Origin: Ramazzottius varieornatus
Lineage: Eukaryota; Animalia; Tardigrada
Length of the DNA stretch: 64,000 nt
Assembly: GCA_001949185.1 (NCBI GenBank)
Contig: BDGG01000005.1
Location: 2,829,972-2,893,971, forward strand
Reading direction: 5' to 3'
A model generated the notes under the pieces. That model was not told the DNA's origin. It did not search any database and was given only the letters and a program-made list of their open reading frames with translations. Made by a program: the position numbers and the translations under genes. How positions within the stretch are numbered: the stretch's first letter is position 1; the number at the start of each line of letters is the position of its first letter. This document shows, in pieces, positions 13,490-27,092 of the stretch.

Positions 13490-14480
13490 ATGTCGCGGAA
13501 TCTCCTTCAATCGCTACTACGGCTACCGCAGACGTTCTGCAGGATTCAGGTACATCTTCATCTTCACATCTGTACATCTCTATCTTTAGGTACGCTAAAT
13601 CTTTCGAAGACGACCGGAAGTCAGCTGGTTTGCCCTGTTTTGCAGGTGTCTTCATTTCACACTGCAGCAGCTTACAATCGGAGGAAAGACATGCGGTCTC
13701 TTCATGAGAATGTACCAGACGAGGACGAGGGAACGGAAGGAGAAAGATCCATGGTTGTTAGTAGCAGGTGACAGTGAGACGACTTTGATTAGTTCTATGT
13801 TTGTGATCAAATATTCGAGCAATCAATAATCAACGGACGGTGTCATTTGGAGCTGATAGTTTGTTTTTCATCATTGCAGTTTGCCTGTCTTTCCCACGCT
13901 AGAAACGCACACCAAGATGACTTTCGACGGCATGCTGTACAAGGATATTCCTGTTATCTACATTAAATGCTCCCAGAACAACACCATAATGACAACGTTT
14001 GATGTCAAGACGCGGAAAATCCTCTCAATGCTTACCTGTGTAAGTGCCGAGTTCGATTGTTGCTACCGCTTATTATACTCAGGTTTACGGCTGTGCCAGT
14101 CCGATAAACCGGCGGTGGAAATGTCCGGTCCGCTGACTGTTACGCGCCAGTGTTCCGCAGAGGGTCTTCTGGATTTCTTTCAGACTCTGATCAAGTTCAC
14201 CATCGTTGTACAACGATTTCTCTGGTTTTAGGGTATGGAGGGGTTCAGGAACTGCAAGAAGGGAACGAACGTAGCCGGACAGGCAGTGGGTCTTAGTGTT
14301 GGGAAGAGGTGGGTACAGCAGGGAATGAGGACGTTCCGGGTGGTCATCAGGGGGCTGGGTCCCGGACGCTCTTCCTCTATAAAAGGCTTGGAAATGGCCG
14401 GTATAAACATTGTGTCTATTTCTGATACTACCCCTGCTCCAGAGAACGGTGATAAGCCGAGAAAGGCTCGCCGTGTGTAG
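13490..14480 (+). CDS. MRPS11: Mitochondrial ribosomal protein S11 (uS11m), 4 exons
   Basis: Transit-peptide-like N-terminus; IKCSQNNTIMT, GFRNCKKGTNVAGQA, VVIRGLGPGRSSSIKGL, ISDTTPAPENGDKPRKARRV are uS11 motifs; introns ~13550-13646, 13768-13879, 14040-14231. Confidence 0.93.
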
Positions 14481-17400
14481 TTTTGCAGTTTTATGCGTGT
14501 GAACCGTGTTTTATGGTTCGATGTACAGTACATTGCAGTCCGTTGAAACCTTGCGGATCGTCGGAGCTGGTGACATTCTTAACAGAAATAAACAAACTAA
14601 CTGAAGTTAATTGTGATTCAGGAATTGAGACTAGGTTAGAGACAATAAACTGCTGTAACCCCTTGATTTGCGGAAATTTCCCTCAACGAACGTCAGGCTT
14701 TTGAAGGAGAAACTGGATGGTGAACACCTCCAGTGTTTAGCGGAGCGCTGCATGCTCCCTAAAAAATGTTTTAACATACGCGACGACTGTAACGGTTTCT
14801 GCTGAACGACCAGCACTTCCCAGTATCTAGTAGTTTGGTTGAGATAGTTCACGAAGGCAGATTTCTACTTTTTCCCAGCTCCTTGTTTATGCTAAAACTT
14901 TAAATATCCCCCATATAGTCTGCTGTTTAATGCCGCACTGTTTGACGTTGCGAACGCACATCAGTAAAGCAATATGCTGTTCGAAGAACAAGTAATATTG
15001 AAATCTGCATTTCAACTCTTTGCATTCGGTTGAGATGATCGTCGTTCATGTTCCAGCGAACTGATCTCAGTAAACATATAAAATTATTGTGATCGAAACA
15101 AGTCGACGACCTGTGCAAGGTTGGAGAGGAGAAAGGTATGCGACGTTTCAGAGCAAAGAGCACGATTCGGACTTAGCCATCGCTCCTTCCTGTTTCTCAT
15201 CCTTTTCCGCACTTTGCCGTTTGCTCTGACTGGAACCATCTCCGGGCCGTTTCGCACACGACTGCCAATCAGTTACAGACGACATCCTCGTCGGCCAGTT
15301 CCCATTCGTGTTCGAGGATGATATGACAAGCGTCAGCTGGCCATATTATTTCATATCGTTGTTTGAGGAGGGCGTTTCGGGTCAATCTATTTTTCATGTG
15401 ACGAGTTTGTGCAGCCCGGTTCGTCTCGTTACTGCTCTTCCGCATTCGTCTTCTTCGCTCCTTTTCGTAAAACGATCGCCTTTCCCTCAAAGTACTTTTC
15501 CCATTCGTATCTTTTTGGTTCGGCGTCCGAGACGAGTGAAACTCACCGTCTACAAGGATACGCATGTGCGCGGTAACGCAGCTCGGACCCGGAAAGCACT
15601 AACAAAAGCAGTCACGAATCCCCATAGGCCATTTTACCTGAGCAACTCGCAGATTCTTCGCCTGTCGGATATGATAGGCTCGGCGAAGCTAAAGCAAGCC
15701 GTTTCAGCCGTTTCTTGGCTACAGCTAAAAATATTTTAGCCGTTTTAGCCACGGCTAAAATACCGGTAGTTTTAACCGCGGCCCCTATTGAAAATCCGGG
15801 TATCGAAGGCGTTTGGTAGTCCTGACGCAGGTCAGAATAGAGCGAGAACCAGAACAAATGCTGCCCTCCGAGGTAGATACATACTTTCTAGCTAGTTTCC
15901 GAGCGGGAATCGTCCAGAAAGAGGCGGAATTTCCGACAGAATTTCGTCCAGAAAAAGGAGGAATTTTATAGCACGTATAAGCTGTTCGCTATGGCGTAGG
16001 CACCAAGCCTACGCGCATTCTGTTACACGGTGCGCCGTGGCCGCATTGGCCAACTTCGATGATTTTCGTTGTTTCTCTTGCGACCTGCTTTTCGAATTTC
16101 ACCGTGTTCGGCAAGGAATTTATGATTGACTAATTTTCGGTGGGGTTTTTGAAGATTGATCTTCTTCGCTGTTCCGAATCTGTCTTTTCGAAGTTCTGCT
16201 GCGCTCCGCGTTGCGTCAAGGATTCACGCTGCTGTTCTGAGTTATTAGACGACTGGATTCTTGGGCATGAAGTGTGGGCGTGGCTGCTGTGGAACCCTAC
16301 GGTGAGTTAAGTTAAACGAAGCGTGTTCGTTTCCGTCGCGTCCTGTTGAAGTTTGCAGGATTATCTGCGGCAGGATACCACTTTGCATGGATGACCGTTC
16401 GTCGTGGATGGTTTCTGTATGTTCACCTTGTCCTGGTTTCAGATGAGGCACGGGGCAAAGCGTCTACGCGGTTGAACAACGCTCAGTCACGTCTCAGTTG
16501 GAATGTGAACATGCTTCGGTTCTGAGTGATAGTCGGCCGTCTAGCCGTGTTTTCATGGTCTGCGCTGTTCTCTGTCTCATTCTTTAGATCCAGCTGAGGC
16601 GCGAGCTTCATCTGTTACGTGAGGATTCTGCTTTGTTTTTGTTTCCAAATGGAAGAACGTGTTTGTTTTTCTCACTGAGGGTCAAAGAAGTAACCCCTTA
16701 GGGGCTGTGCAGACGTAACCCCTTAGGGGCCACAGGGCATAGGGGCTTCCCCTACGATCTTCAGAGTTTCTAACTTTTTACACGGTTTCTGAATTTTAAC
16801 AGACCTGCGAAGGTCCCCAGGTTTAGCCGATCAGAAACTAGCTGAAAAAGTTTCATAATCAAACCTGCGTCAGGTCGGCCACCGCCGCAGTATCCTGCGG
16901 CGGTGGCACGTATCTGGCCTGGAACCAGTTAGATTTCAGGCCATTTTATCGTCTTTCCCACACCATGTGTATAATCGGGGGCTTACGAGGGGATTTTGCC
17001 AACGCTCAAAACTGAAACGGCAGAGAAGTAGAGGAGAGTTTTCTCTATCGACGGGGCTAGACCAGGCTGGCAGAAAAAAACGCTGGAAGACACAGCAGGA
17101 AGCGGAAGTGACGTCAAAATCTGGGCGGAACATGGGCATCAGCAAGTTCACATCGGCATCAGTCAAGTGCTTGATTGTGTGCTGGTTGATTCGCTATTTG
17201 ATTGGTCTGTAGCACTATGGGTAGAAGAGCAGCTGATCACTACAGTTTTGACTGTTTTGTCAAACTTCGTTCTCTTGTTTTTTCTCCTCCAGTTATCGCA
17301 GACCCGGATTCTGTTAGACACTTGAACATCCTGAAGCTTTTGGGGATGGACTATGAACAGGATTTTCAGCCGAACGGCTCTCTAAGTGACCATGACAAGC

Positions 17401-18617
17401 TGCTGAAGGCACTTTTCAAAAGTGCGGTAGGCTTATATATAAGGTCCACACCCCCTCGTAAGAACGGCTAAGACGGCTTATTCTTAGCTTCGCAGAGCCT
17501 TGTATCATGTGCTGAAGTATGACTTGTTACTTCCCCGACGAAGATTTCCAAAAATTTTCCTGACTGCCAACCCCGTTATTTTTGATGGGGTTATCTACCC
17601 TTCCTATCACGGTACTTCACTCATTTTTCGGCAGCGAATGCATGCCTTTACTGTAGGAGCATAGGGGAAGAGAAAAGATAAACTCCCCACAGCCATTTTT
17701 CGCAGCCTCTCTGGAGGAGATTGTTTTTCACGTTGGGGGTGCTCTAATTTTTCGACGTGGTGATAATCCTTTAGTACCAGGTCCTCTCTTCCTGATGTGT
17801 GAAGGAGAGTTTCCCGTTCCGCCTTCTGCAGTTTTGCGGAAGTGTTCTGTTCAATGTGTACTCTAAAGCCAATATGCAACATTGGTGCTTTGAGTCGACT
17901 GAACAATTTCGTTTAGTGAACGGCAACTTTCCTCATCATTCTTTTGCGTACCAGAGAGGTCTAGTCACCGGCTACCGTTATGCCGGGCGGAAAGATTTCA
18001 CAGCGGTCTAGACTTTAGAATTGTAACCAGACAGTAGCCACAATTTTCCTTTGGTCCCGCTCACGATTCGAAATTTTCCACACGGCTTCCGCTCTTTCGA
18101 AACATTCCGATTTTTGCCTCAGACCGTTCTACAGAGCCCACTTATCATGGCTGGCAACAATGTGATCTGAGATCGGTTCGCTCTCTTTCAGAACCGGGAG
18201 GGTAAATAAAGGCAAAACCTTGCGTTATCTGTAAGGTGCGCGAGGTAAACGAGGTGTCCGATTCTCTAATTTTATTGCCTTCCTCTTTTGTCCAAATTTC
18301 CAGCGAGGATTTACTAAGACACCTTGAAGTCGCGTAAGGGTTTTACAACAATTCGGCAAGAATCGGATTCAACAAATTCCCCGAGCACGTTGTTGTCCAA
18401 GTTCAGTTTCGGTCTTCCGTTGGAGTGAATTCCGAGCTGAGGACCAGTAGAATGCCAAACAATAGCCAGGCGTTGGAAAAGAGAGAAAAAAGACTTCAGG
18501 ACAAAAGAACAAGGGGGAGCGTAACCATGGTTTTCCGAAGTTGACGTGTTCCCAGGGGTAACAAGTCATACTTCCGCACCTGATATATTCACGAGTGGTG
18601 CACATATCCAGCCAACA

Positions 18618-18736
18618 TAAACAAAACACCGCTTACTTGTTAGATAAACAGCTCCCAGGTGGCGCACGGCTCTGGACAGCATCCGTGAGAACGTGCGCCA
18701 CTTAGAAAAGCGATCTGTTGGAGCCTGTTTGCCGAG
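18618..18736. repeat. Palindromic repeat (CAAGTGGCGCAC family)
   Basis: CCAGGTGGCGCAC...GTGCGCCACTT...GCGATCTG...TGTTTGCCGAG. Confidence 0.7.
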
Positions 18737-19529
18737 CATCCGAGGTACCTGCTCAAAACATCGTTTGACCATCGTTCCAATCGAGATGGCGCTCACGGAG
18801 CAAGAACGTTGCTGGAGTGAGTCTAGTAACTCTAGTTGAACCTCAAAAGTCCCGCTCAGCGAATTGAGGGTTCACAATAAACACAGGAGAATCATTGCTG
18901 AACTCGGACTTGCGAAAGCCGAGGGCAGACCGACACACACGCATTTGGAAACCGGACCTCGTTGCGCGTTGCAGCAGGCTGTGCTAAATATTCTCATTTC
19001 TGAGCATTGATTTCGGTCCGTATTCGATCGGTCGAGGACGCAGCCGGCCTATCGCGGTGACGACATCTGCCGTTAAAGCATGAATAAATAAACAACAATA
19101 TAGAATTTGAGTCATTTCCTATTAGATTTCTTAGCATAAATGTCAATCACTGACTTAATTCTTGGAAAAATCAGTAGTTTAGTACGTAGACATTTATTCA
19201 AACACCGCTTTAATCATCGGTGGTCTCCCGAAACTAGAATACTACCTAAAAATGAAGAAGTCCTATTTCCTAGCTCAAGTAGTATATAAAGCGCGTACCA
19301 CTTTCTAGCTAGTTCTCCATTAGTCTTATCTACCTGTAGTTTAGTTAAAAAACTTACTGTAAAGAACAGTAACCTCTCGCGTTCGTAAATAGGGAATAAA
19401 GTACTTGTCGGTTCGGAATCCTACACCGGCAGTGCATGTGGATTCGAAGTATTACTATCCCCCCCTTTCTCTGCTCGCCCGGCATGAATCTTTGCATTAT
19501 AGTCACTGGTTGTGTCTGTCCTTCCATGG

Positions 19530-19726
19530 TAAGGTTGTAAATTCCAGGCCGAATACCCCTGGATCTTCGACTGTTCACCTCGTGGAATTCCTAAATTTTC
19601 TCTGATTCTTGCTAGTTTTCCAAATAGGAATTCCACCGTACCAAACGGCTACCGCTTGGAACGGAACGGAATTCTAGGAATAGAACGGAATTTGGAAAGG
19701 AATGGAATTGGGAATTCACAACCTTA
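19530..19726. mobile_element. hAT-type MITE (197 bp)
   Basis: TIR TAAGGTTGT(A/G)AATTCC; perfect 8-bp TSD TTCCATGG (19522-19529, 19727-19734); GGAAT/GGAAC subterminal repeats. Confidence 0.85.
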
Positions 19727-19986
19727 TTCCATGGTGTGTGAGGTGTGTGTTGCTTGATATCAGGGGTCTTCAGTCTTGCTTGCGAAACTCGTTGAAGCCG
19801 CAAACGTCTTACTGAATTAGTTTGATCAACACGAATCAAGCGTGAGTGAGGAAAGTTCGAACTTTTCGCAAACTTCGAATTACGGACATATTGTTCTTGA
19901 ATACATTTGGCGGAAACTATGCTTTTAATTCCCGCTTATCATATTCTTACTGTTCCCTCTCACTTTGTACTGCGCTGCAACTCATT

Positions 19987-21266
19987 ATGCCGGGCACTTC
20001 CGAAAGAAACCGTTCATTGAGGATCTGGAAGAATGGGTGGTTGGTCGGAAGCTAGTGAAGATGAATTTGGACCTCGGCGAGCATGACGACGATGATGAAG
20101 TGGATGTTCCTGCCGTGCTACTTCAGCTCGTTACCGCTACAGGATAGCTTCAGCGACCGGAAGTGTCGAAGAGTAAGCACTTTGTGGAGTGTTTGCTTCC
20201 GGCACTGGATGATGGACGGTTTAAGGAGGAAGTCAGGATGTCCCGCGAGTCATTTGAGATGGTACTGAGCAAGATCGTCGGTCATAAGGCCTTTAACCTT
20301 CACGGCAAAACACCTCAAGCCGATCCACGACTACAGCTTGTGATTTGCGCCTATCGTTTCGGGAGTTCGGGAAGCTCAGCCTCCGTAGGGAACATTGCTA
20401 GACGTTTCGGGGTTTCAGAAGGCTTTGCACCACTAGATGTATCGAGGCTGTTGTCGGTCGAAGGAAGTGTGTTCAACTGGCCGGCTAGAGAGGAAAGAAC
20501 TACCATTAAGGTACTTATACCTTAACTCTTGAAATTCTTCGGTATGCTAGACACAGCACCACAAATTTATTAAAGTGTGATGTTTTAGGCGCGAACTATT
20601 CGGGAATCGGGATTTCCTGATTGTGTTGGAATGTTGGACGGCACGTTAGTCCTGTTAAAGTACAAGTCTACCAAAGATGGCGAGGATTACTGGAGCTACA
20701 AGTCCCGATACGGAATATCAGCGATGGTAGTTTGCGATGACAAGCGTGAAATTCGATACATGTTCATCGGAATTTGTGGGTCGGCCCATGACATATGAGT
20801 ATACGGTTATTCTTCGATGGCAAGACAAGTCTCCAAGCTGTTTTCCCCAGGCGAACATCTTGTCGCTGACAGCGCCTAAGCTACGTCAACTCGTACCATC
20901 GCTTCCCACAAGAAGCCCGCCGCCGGAGTCATGTCAGCGAACAACGAGTGATTCAACTTTTACCACTCTTCAACAAGAATTAAGATCGAACACACCATTG
21001 GCATCTTGAAGGGACGTTTTCCGTCTTTGCAGTCCTCAAGAATTAAGATCCACGATGAGCAGACCCATCGAGCAGCTGTAGAGTGGACACAAGCATGTGT
21101 TGTTTTACACAACATGCTACTCAAAGACAGCTGTTTTGATAACAACTGGACAACATACCGAGAACCGGAAGTACCAGAAATGAGCCACGATGCTGCAGTT
21201 ATGGACGGAAAAGGCTTCCGAGAGACCATCAATGAAAGAGTCTTGAGTATCAGAAAGCTAGCTTGA
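19987..21266 (+). pseudogene. Harbinger DDE transposase (DDE_Tnp_4-like), disrupted
   Basis: FKEEVRMSRESF, IARRFGVSEG, GFPDCVGMLDGTLV, AMVVCDD, HLVADSA, RIKIEHTIGILKGRFPSL, ACVVLHNML; several stops/frameshifts. Confidence 0.9.
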
Positions 21267-22538
21267 CGTTTTGCTCAGTGAAACGTTTCTTAGCTAGTTC
21301 GAAATGTAGTTCTAGTTTCTTCAATTCATAATCGCGTACTTCTTTTCTTTCTTCTAGGTCGTTTTCTCTGTGGTCATTTTTGAGTTGTCTTTGCTGTCGA
21401 CGTTCCTCTGGTTTCTCATCAGCAATTTTCCCTGCCAGCTGTAGCTTCTTTTCTTCCAGCGAGAGTTTCTTTTCTGCTACGGCAAGCTGATCTTGTTTGT
21501 AGAGCCTCGGCGTGAATCTGAAAAAATAGGAGCTTGACAAGTAAACTTGACAAGATTCTTTTTCGAATGGCGCGCTTTCGTGGTTAAAACACTGCAAGCG
21601 TGCGCCACTTGGGAAAAGAATTGGGTCGAGTCTGTTTGTCGAGTTTCCATTTGTTCACGAATCCGCCCGCAATCAGACGTTCCGAACGAGCGATAGGCAA
21701 AACGTTCGACCTACATCTCCAACGCCAAACAAGTCCGCTGTTACCCCGTAATGAGCTGAGATGTGGCAACAGGAGAAACATTTTCGGGCAACTCCAGAAG
21801 TCCGCAGGAAAAGTCGACTTCCGGTTCTAAAGCGTTGTTGTACGTTATAGGGCCACTTGCTTCGTTTTCTTCTTCTTCGTCCTCCGAGGCTTTTGCTTCA
21901 GCCGACGTTCTCAGGGTATCTGAAGTGTGTGGTGGTTCCATGGGAGCTCGGTCAGCGAAGACAGGACGCAACCTGCACCAGTATGGGCAATAACTGAGTG
22001 CAATATCGGAATAAGTCGCGTAGTCAATACCCCTTTCATTTTGTATAGCGTGATCTGACGTCACAAACTGCGCCAGTTGATCGAAGTGAAAATTAACCTT
22101 GGTTTTTAGCGTCCTCCATTTTGTCCTCAATAGATATGTCAGGATCAGGATTGCCGCAGCCAGACCCAGCAGACTATAGAAAGACCATTGCCGCCTTGTA
22201 TCCTTTTTTCACGAACTTGTTCTTGATTGTCGTATCTCGGTGAACGCCAAGCTGGCCCAAGTGAACGGATATCTTGTGGTGCACTGCAGGTTTTGTCATT
22301 CCGGTCGTCGCCATCTTTCCCGTCGCGGTGTTCTTCTTTCCTGCTCCCTTGTACAGTAGATGGTGGGATCTTCGATCCACTGAACCAACTGCTCTTCCTC
22401 GCCAGGCATCCACACTCCATAGTTGCGCGGTTGGGAGTTGTCTGAGGCATGCTCTCTGACTGCTCGTGGCTTGCGAGACTTCTTCGCTGGTGTCTGACTC
22501 GTCTCCACGTCGGTAGCTACTTCTTTGTATCTTCCCAT
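21250..22538 (-). pseudogene. Harbinger accessory Myb/SANT-like protein, disrupted
   Basis: WMPGEEEQLVQWIED, CPYWCRLRPVFADR and a charged coiled-coil tail; frameshifts. Confidence 0.75.
21532..21643. repeat. Palindromic repeat copy inside the Harbinger Myb-gene intron
   Basis: GAATGGCGCGC...GTGCGCCACTTGGG...GTCGAGTCTGTTTGTCGAG. Confidence 0.7.
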
Positions 22539-23307
22539 AGTCGGAGCTGTGAAACGGAAGTCAGAATTCGTAACCTGTAGGAAATGTACGCAGGAGGAGA
22601 AAAAAGCTCAAGCAGAAAAGCAGGGAACGATTGGTAAATACAAATAGAAATCTAAATCTCGAGGCGGGCGTGCAAGAGATCAACGGATTTCACTTGCAAG
22701 AAGAGCAGCTCGAGGGCTGCTTTTCTCGTTAGCGAAATTCGGAAAGTTGCTTTCAGCATCAACGCAATCAACACAGTTCTGCAAGCAAGACTGAAGACCC
22801 CTATTATTCGTCATCCAGTGGATTCGCACCAAAGGCACTCCCTCCCACAAGGTTCTGCGTAAATTCATTTTAGTCGTATTACTAGTGCTACTGGAAGTTA
22901 CTGGACTCCTTTTGACTCCATACTTGATGCTGGCCGCGAAGCGGGAAAATTGCCCAGCTCAAACCTGCCAGCGTGCTAAGGGAGCTCCCTAATGGAGTCT
23001 GTAATCGTGTTGATTGGCTGAAGGCCTAAGGGAGCCGAGCGGAGCTCTGGTAAATGTCAGCCGACGCAGCCCGAAACGGAATTTAAATTTCCGTTTTCAG
23101 TTTTAAATTTCCGTTTTCTTCCTTCTTGCGACTGATTCTGATCTTCTCATCTCATGCTGATTCGTATTCCGATCATCGCTTTGATTCATAAAGATGTCAG
23201 CCTAACTCACAACGGTTGCACAAAACGCCAAGCTGCTCACTATCCTCCCGAAACCAAAGCCTGGTCAGACCGCCAAGCCTGGTCAGGCTGCCACACCACC
23301 GCTCGTC

Positions 23308-24372
23308 ATGTTGACTCCCCATCCTATCAAGAAGACCAGAGTAGCATGGTCAACAGCTGCCCAGGAGCACCTACTTTCGTGGATGGAAGAGACCGGCAAC
23401 TACGACAGATACTACTCGGCGAGTAAAGTACTGGATGGAAGGCAGCGAAGCAGCGGCGAGACGAAGGTGTCCATCAGCAAGCAGAGTGTTACCCACTTGG
23501 CTGGTGTTGGCGTGACCAAGACTGACGAGCAGGTTCGGACGAAAATTACCAATTTTGAGGACAAGTGGAAGGAGGCTCATCAGTGAAACGGGCTACGGTC
23601 TGACTGACGTGGACTCAAAGGAATATCGGGATTTGCAAGGTAACTCAACTTGTGAAAGTTGGATTTCGCTGTTGCTACGGTATTGCTGTGGTAAAAAATT
23701 CCAAGTTTCATGACTTCGATTTTGATTGACTTTCTCAGGGTCGGATACTTACTGCTTGTTGCAGTGAAGATACGGAAAATGTGTGAGCATTGGAACAGAC
23801 TGGACCCAATACTCCGCGATCGCGCAGGCATGGCAGCTACATTCACAGCTGACAGCGAACATCCTGTCGACGAGTCCATCTTCCCAGATCTCCACTCAGC
23901 AACAGCTGACAATGCAGCCCCAGCGGAAGAGCATCAGTCCGATGGAACAGCAAAGCCTATCACTCAGGCTGAAGCCGAAGCGATGGGGCTGGACGATGGA
24001 CGAACACCTTTGCAGAAGAGACTCGATGGCGATGGTAGTACAAGTTAAGAGGAAATAGCCACAACGTCATCCGGCAAGAAGAAAAAGCGAGTTCGATCTG
24101 CAGTTCCACCCAAGAAAAAAGACAAAGTAACAAAGCTGGTCGATCTATTAATGGCCACTTCGAAAGAAAAGAAAGAACGGCCCGAACAACGAAATGCGTC
24201 TGCCGAAGAAAGATTTCTTAAAAGGTTTGAGTTCAAAGTGCAGAACCATACCGACAACCACGAAATCCAGATGAAAGATATGAGCCTTCGCAAACGTGAG
24301 CTTAAGTTGAGAGAAACTGAAGCGGAAATCAGGAGGTTGGAATTAATGAAGCAGCTGAATGAGAAGTCTTAA
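23308..24372 (+). pseudogene. Harbinger accessory Myb/SANT-like protein
   Basis: WSTAAQEHLLSWMEE, KTDEQVRTKITNFEDKWKEA, KMCEHWNRLDPILRDR, coiled-coil C-terminus; in-frame stops. Confidence 0.75.
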
Positions 24373-24474
24373 TTCCTTGAATCCGTAAAACCTGGACTAA
24401 AGTGACAGTGTTTATCGTTTTCGACTCAATTTCATGATTTTCACAAATCTGTATGTAAAGATAACTGAACGCGA

Positions 24475-25736
24475 CTATCGATCCTGCATCGCTCTAAGAA
24501 CTGATCTCTTTGCAAGTTCTCTCTTTTCTTTTCTTTTCTTTTGTCAGAGGATTCTCCGGTTGTCTGAGCTCTTGTTCTAGGTCCATCGTCGTCATCTTCC
24601 TCCAGCATAGCACTTCAAACTCGTCCTGATGTAGGAGGTTGTGCAGCACGCAGCATGCTTTGATCCAGTAGACTGCTCACGCATTGTCCTACTTGTCCTT
24701 GATAGCAAGGCGGATCGACTTTAGACTCTTGAATCATCCTTTCAGTATCCCGATGGTACGTTCTGCCACAACACGCGCCGTAGCATGGAGTCTGTTGAAG
24801 CGACTATTCTCTGCAGTGTCTTTCACCGGTTTCTTGTAGGGAGATACCGTGATTTCGGATACAGGATAGGCACTATTGGCTAGCAGATACTCGTCGCCTG
24901 CAAAATACTTCGAGGAATTTCTTGCCAGCTTCGAGTTTGTGAAGACACGATGGTTCTGCGCACTGCCAGGAAACCCGGCGAAGACGTGACGGATTCTTCG
25001 CTGATCGTCGCAGACAACCATCGCATTCAGGAAGTAGTTGTCTTTGCGAGTGTCGCAGCCTTCGCCATGTTGCACTGGCTTCAAACCAAGTCCAACGCGA
25101 GTCCCGTCCACGAACCCAGTACACTCGGAAAATCCCCAGCTATCCCGTACTTTCCTTTATAGCTTCTCGTTCTCTGGCTTTTGGCCAAGAAACTGTATCG
25201 CTTTCAAGTGACAGAAGGGCACGAATAACCCTGCTGGTTTACAGTGGTACTGCACCGTCGCCGACTCCGTAACGAGACCCAACTGTCCATAGCGAAGATG
25301 ATGTACTATCAAAGCCAAGTCAACCAATGGCCACCATAAGTTGCTCTGCAGGATGTACTTGCTGGAATGAGGAATTATTGTAGAAGACCGGATGATCTTT
25401 AATCAGGTTTGTGATACTTTCGAACGCTGCACGGGTCATTTGAGCATTATGGCGAAACGTGATTTCGTTCGAGCTGAAGATGATGTTCAGAAGTTGTTTG
25501 GTCTTTGGTGATCTGCTTCTTTCAGAAAGCTAGCGTGAAGACTCGATGACGGTTCTAACTGCAACCGTCCGAATCGCATCGTCGTCAGAGGAGTCATCTT
25601 CCACCGACTCAAGTTGACTGAATGTTTCCGATTCGTTCCCGCTGCTCCAATCCAATATGATGTCACTGATCACATCATGGGCAATCTTCCGGTCGATACT
25701 CTTCAGCACCTTCTGTCGATCAACTTGTATCGGCAT
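24475..25736 (-). pseudogene. Harbinger DDE transposase, disrupted
   Basis: GFVDGTRVGL, NAMVVCDDQRRIRHVFAGFPGS, YLLANSAYP, FNRLHATARVVAERTIGILKG, ACCVLHNLL; stops present. Confidence 0.9.
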
Positions 25737-27092
25737 TTTGAATGACCTGGATAAGAGGAAAACTAGTACTCGCAGGAACGGTAGCACTCCCATCCGAATA
25801 GTAATCCCATTTAAATAGCGCTCCCTTACCGTCAAACTATATCGGACGTGAAAATTATAATTTCCTACGTTGAGCCAAACTTTGCATCGCAAGAATCCCA
25901 CTTTCATAAATCTTCTAACAGCAAGCTGAAAAATTGCTTTACGCAGGCTTGAAGTGTCCAGATGTCGCCGACAACAGCTGAGCACCATGATGCAGTAAAT
26001 CAACAGTCAAAATCTGCGACCGACGTCACGACACCAATCTGCGTGCTTCGGCCGGTTTAGCTTACTCAGACCTAGACAAGCTTCCTACACGATTAATTTG
26101 TCGATTTTCCTAACGGAGAAAGTGCTCCCTTGCCTTAAGGGAGTCGGCCGATTTAGGTTTGAGCCACGCCAATATATTACTGTCGTCTGGATGGCTGGTT
26201 GTGCCCAGTAGGGGTTTCCTGTTTATGATGACCACATGTCGTACCTTCCAAAGTCTCCAAAACAAATGGCTGAAAATGTTCGCGAAGTATTTCAACCCTG
26301 TCAATATTGTTTTTCAGTGGGCCGGCTCCATACCATTACTGGGAAAGATTGTATTCGGTAACCCGGAAGACGCAGAGCATTCTGTCAATGTCGAGCTGTT
26401 TATCCTTACCTTTGCCTTCGGCGTACTGCAACTGTACATCACAGCACGTAACCTGACATTTGGTGTCGAATTCTGGGCTACCTACCTGAGCCTACAGATG
26501 TTCCCGGGACGATGATTGTGGTAATACGGGATAAATACTGGTTCTTTGGACCTGACGGGGTCGAAAGTCTGATCAAACGCATAGTGCTGGAAAACGTTCC
26601 GATGTTACCACTGTACTATCTGGTCGTGAAAGCGGATCTCCGCTCTCAGTCACAGCGCTGCCTTCATAAGCAAGTGGAAAAAATGTTAGTGATCGCTTTT
26701 GCTCCTACAATCGAATGTTACTATTCATAAACCTTGTTGTAGGGCGATATCAGAGGAGGAAGCTACGGCTTGCTTGGAAGAACTCCGCAGTTCGGGTAAG
26801 CTACCACCATGAACTGCACGGTGGCGCAGGCCAGAGCTGCGTCCGTGCGGTTCCATTGTTTCAGAAATTGGATGAAGTGTATCAGAAATAAACTTGCGAT
26901 CTCGTTAACTATCTAAACAAATCTCATTTGTTTAGATTGTTTCATACTTTTGACTGGAACTTGGCCGTACAATACAGTCTAAACTGATGAAGATTAGCGG
27001 ATTGAACCAGCTGATCATACAAAACTACAAATTCGCTGGACCGAAAAAACTTAATAAAATTTGATGTGACAACTACAGTACACGCGCCTGGC

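Larger units (their letters stand above)
19763..22801 (+). mobile_element. PIF/Harbinger transposon 1 (decayed)
   Basis: Perfect 21-bp TIR GGGGTCTTCAGTCTTGCTTGC; convergent DDE transposase (+) and Myb/SANT-like gene (-); TSD not clean. Confidence 0.88.
22980..25825 (-). mobile_element. PIF/Harbinger transposon 2 (decayed; boundaries tentative)
   Basis: Myb-like gene (+) and transposase (-) convergent; candidate ends TAA|GGGAGC ... GCTCCC|TTA. Confidence 0.65.

Noticed and set aside
16690-16750. Telomere-like TAACCCC/TTAGGGG motifs
   Set aside because: Only two short palindromic copies (GTAACCCCTTAGGGGC); no array
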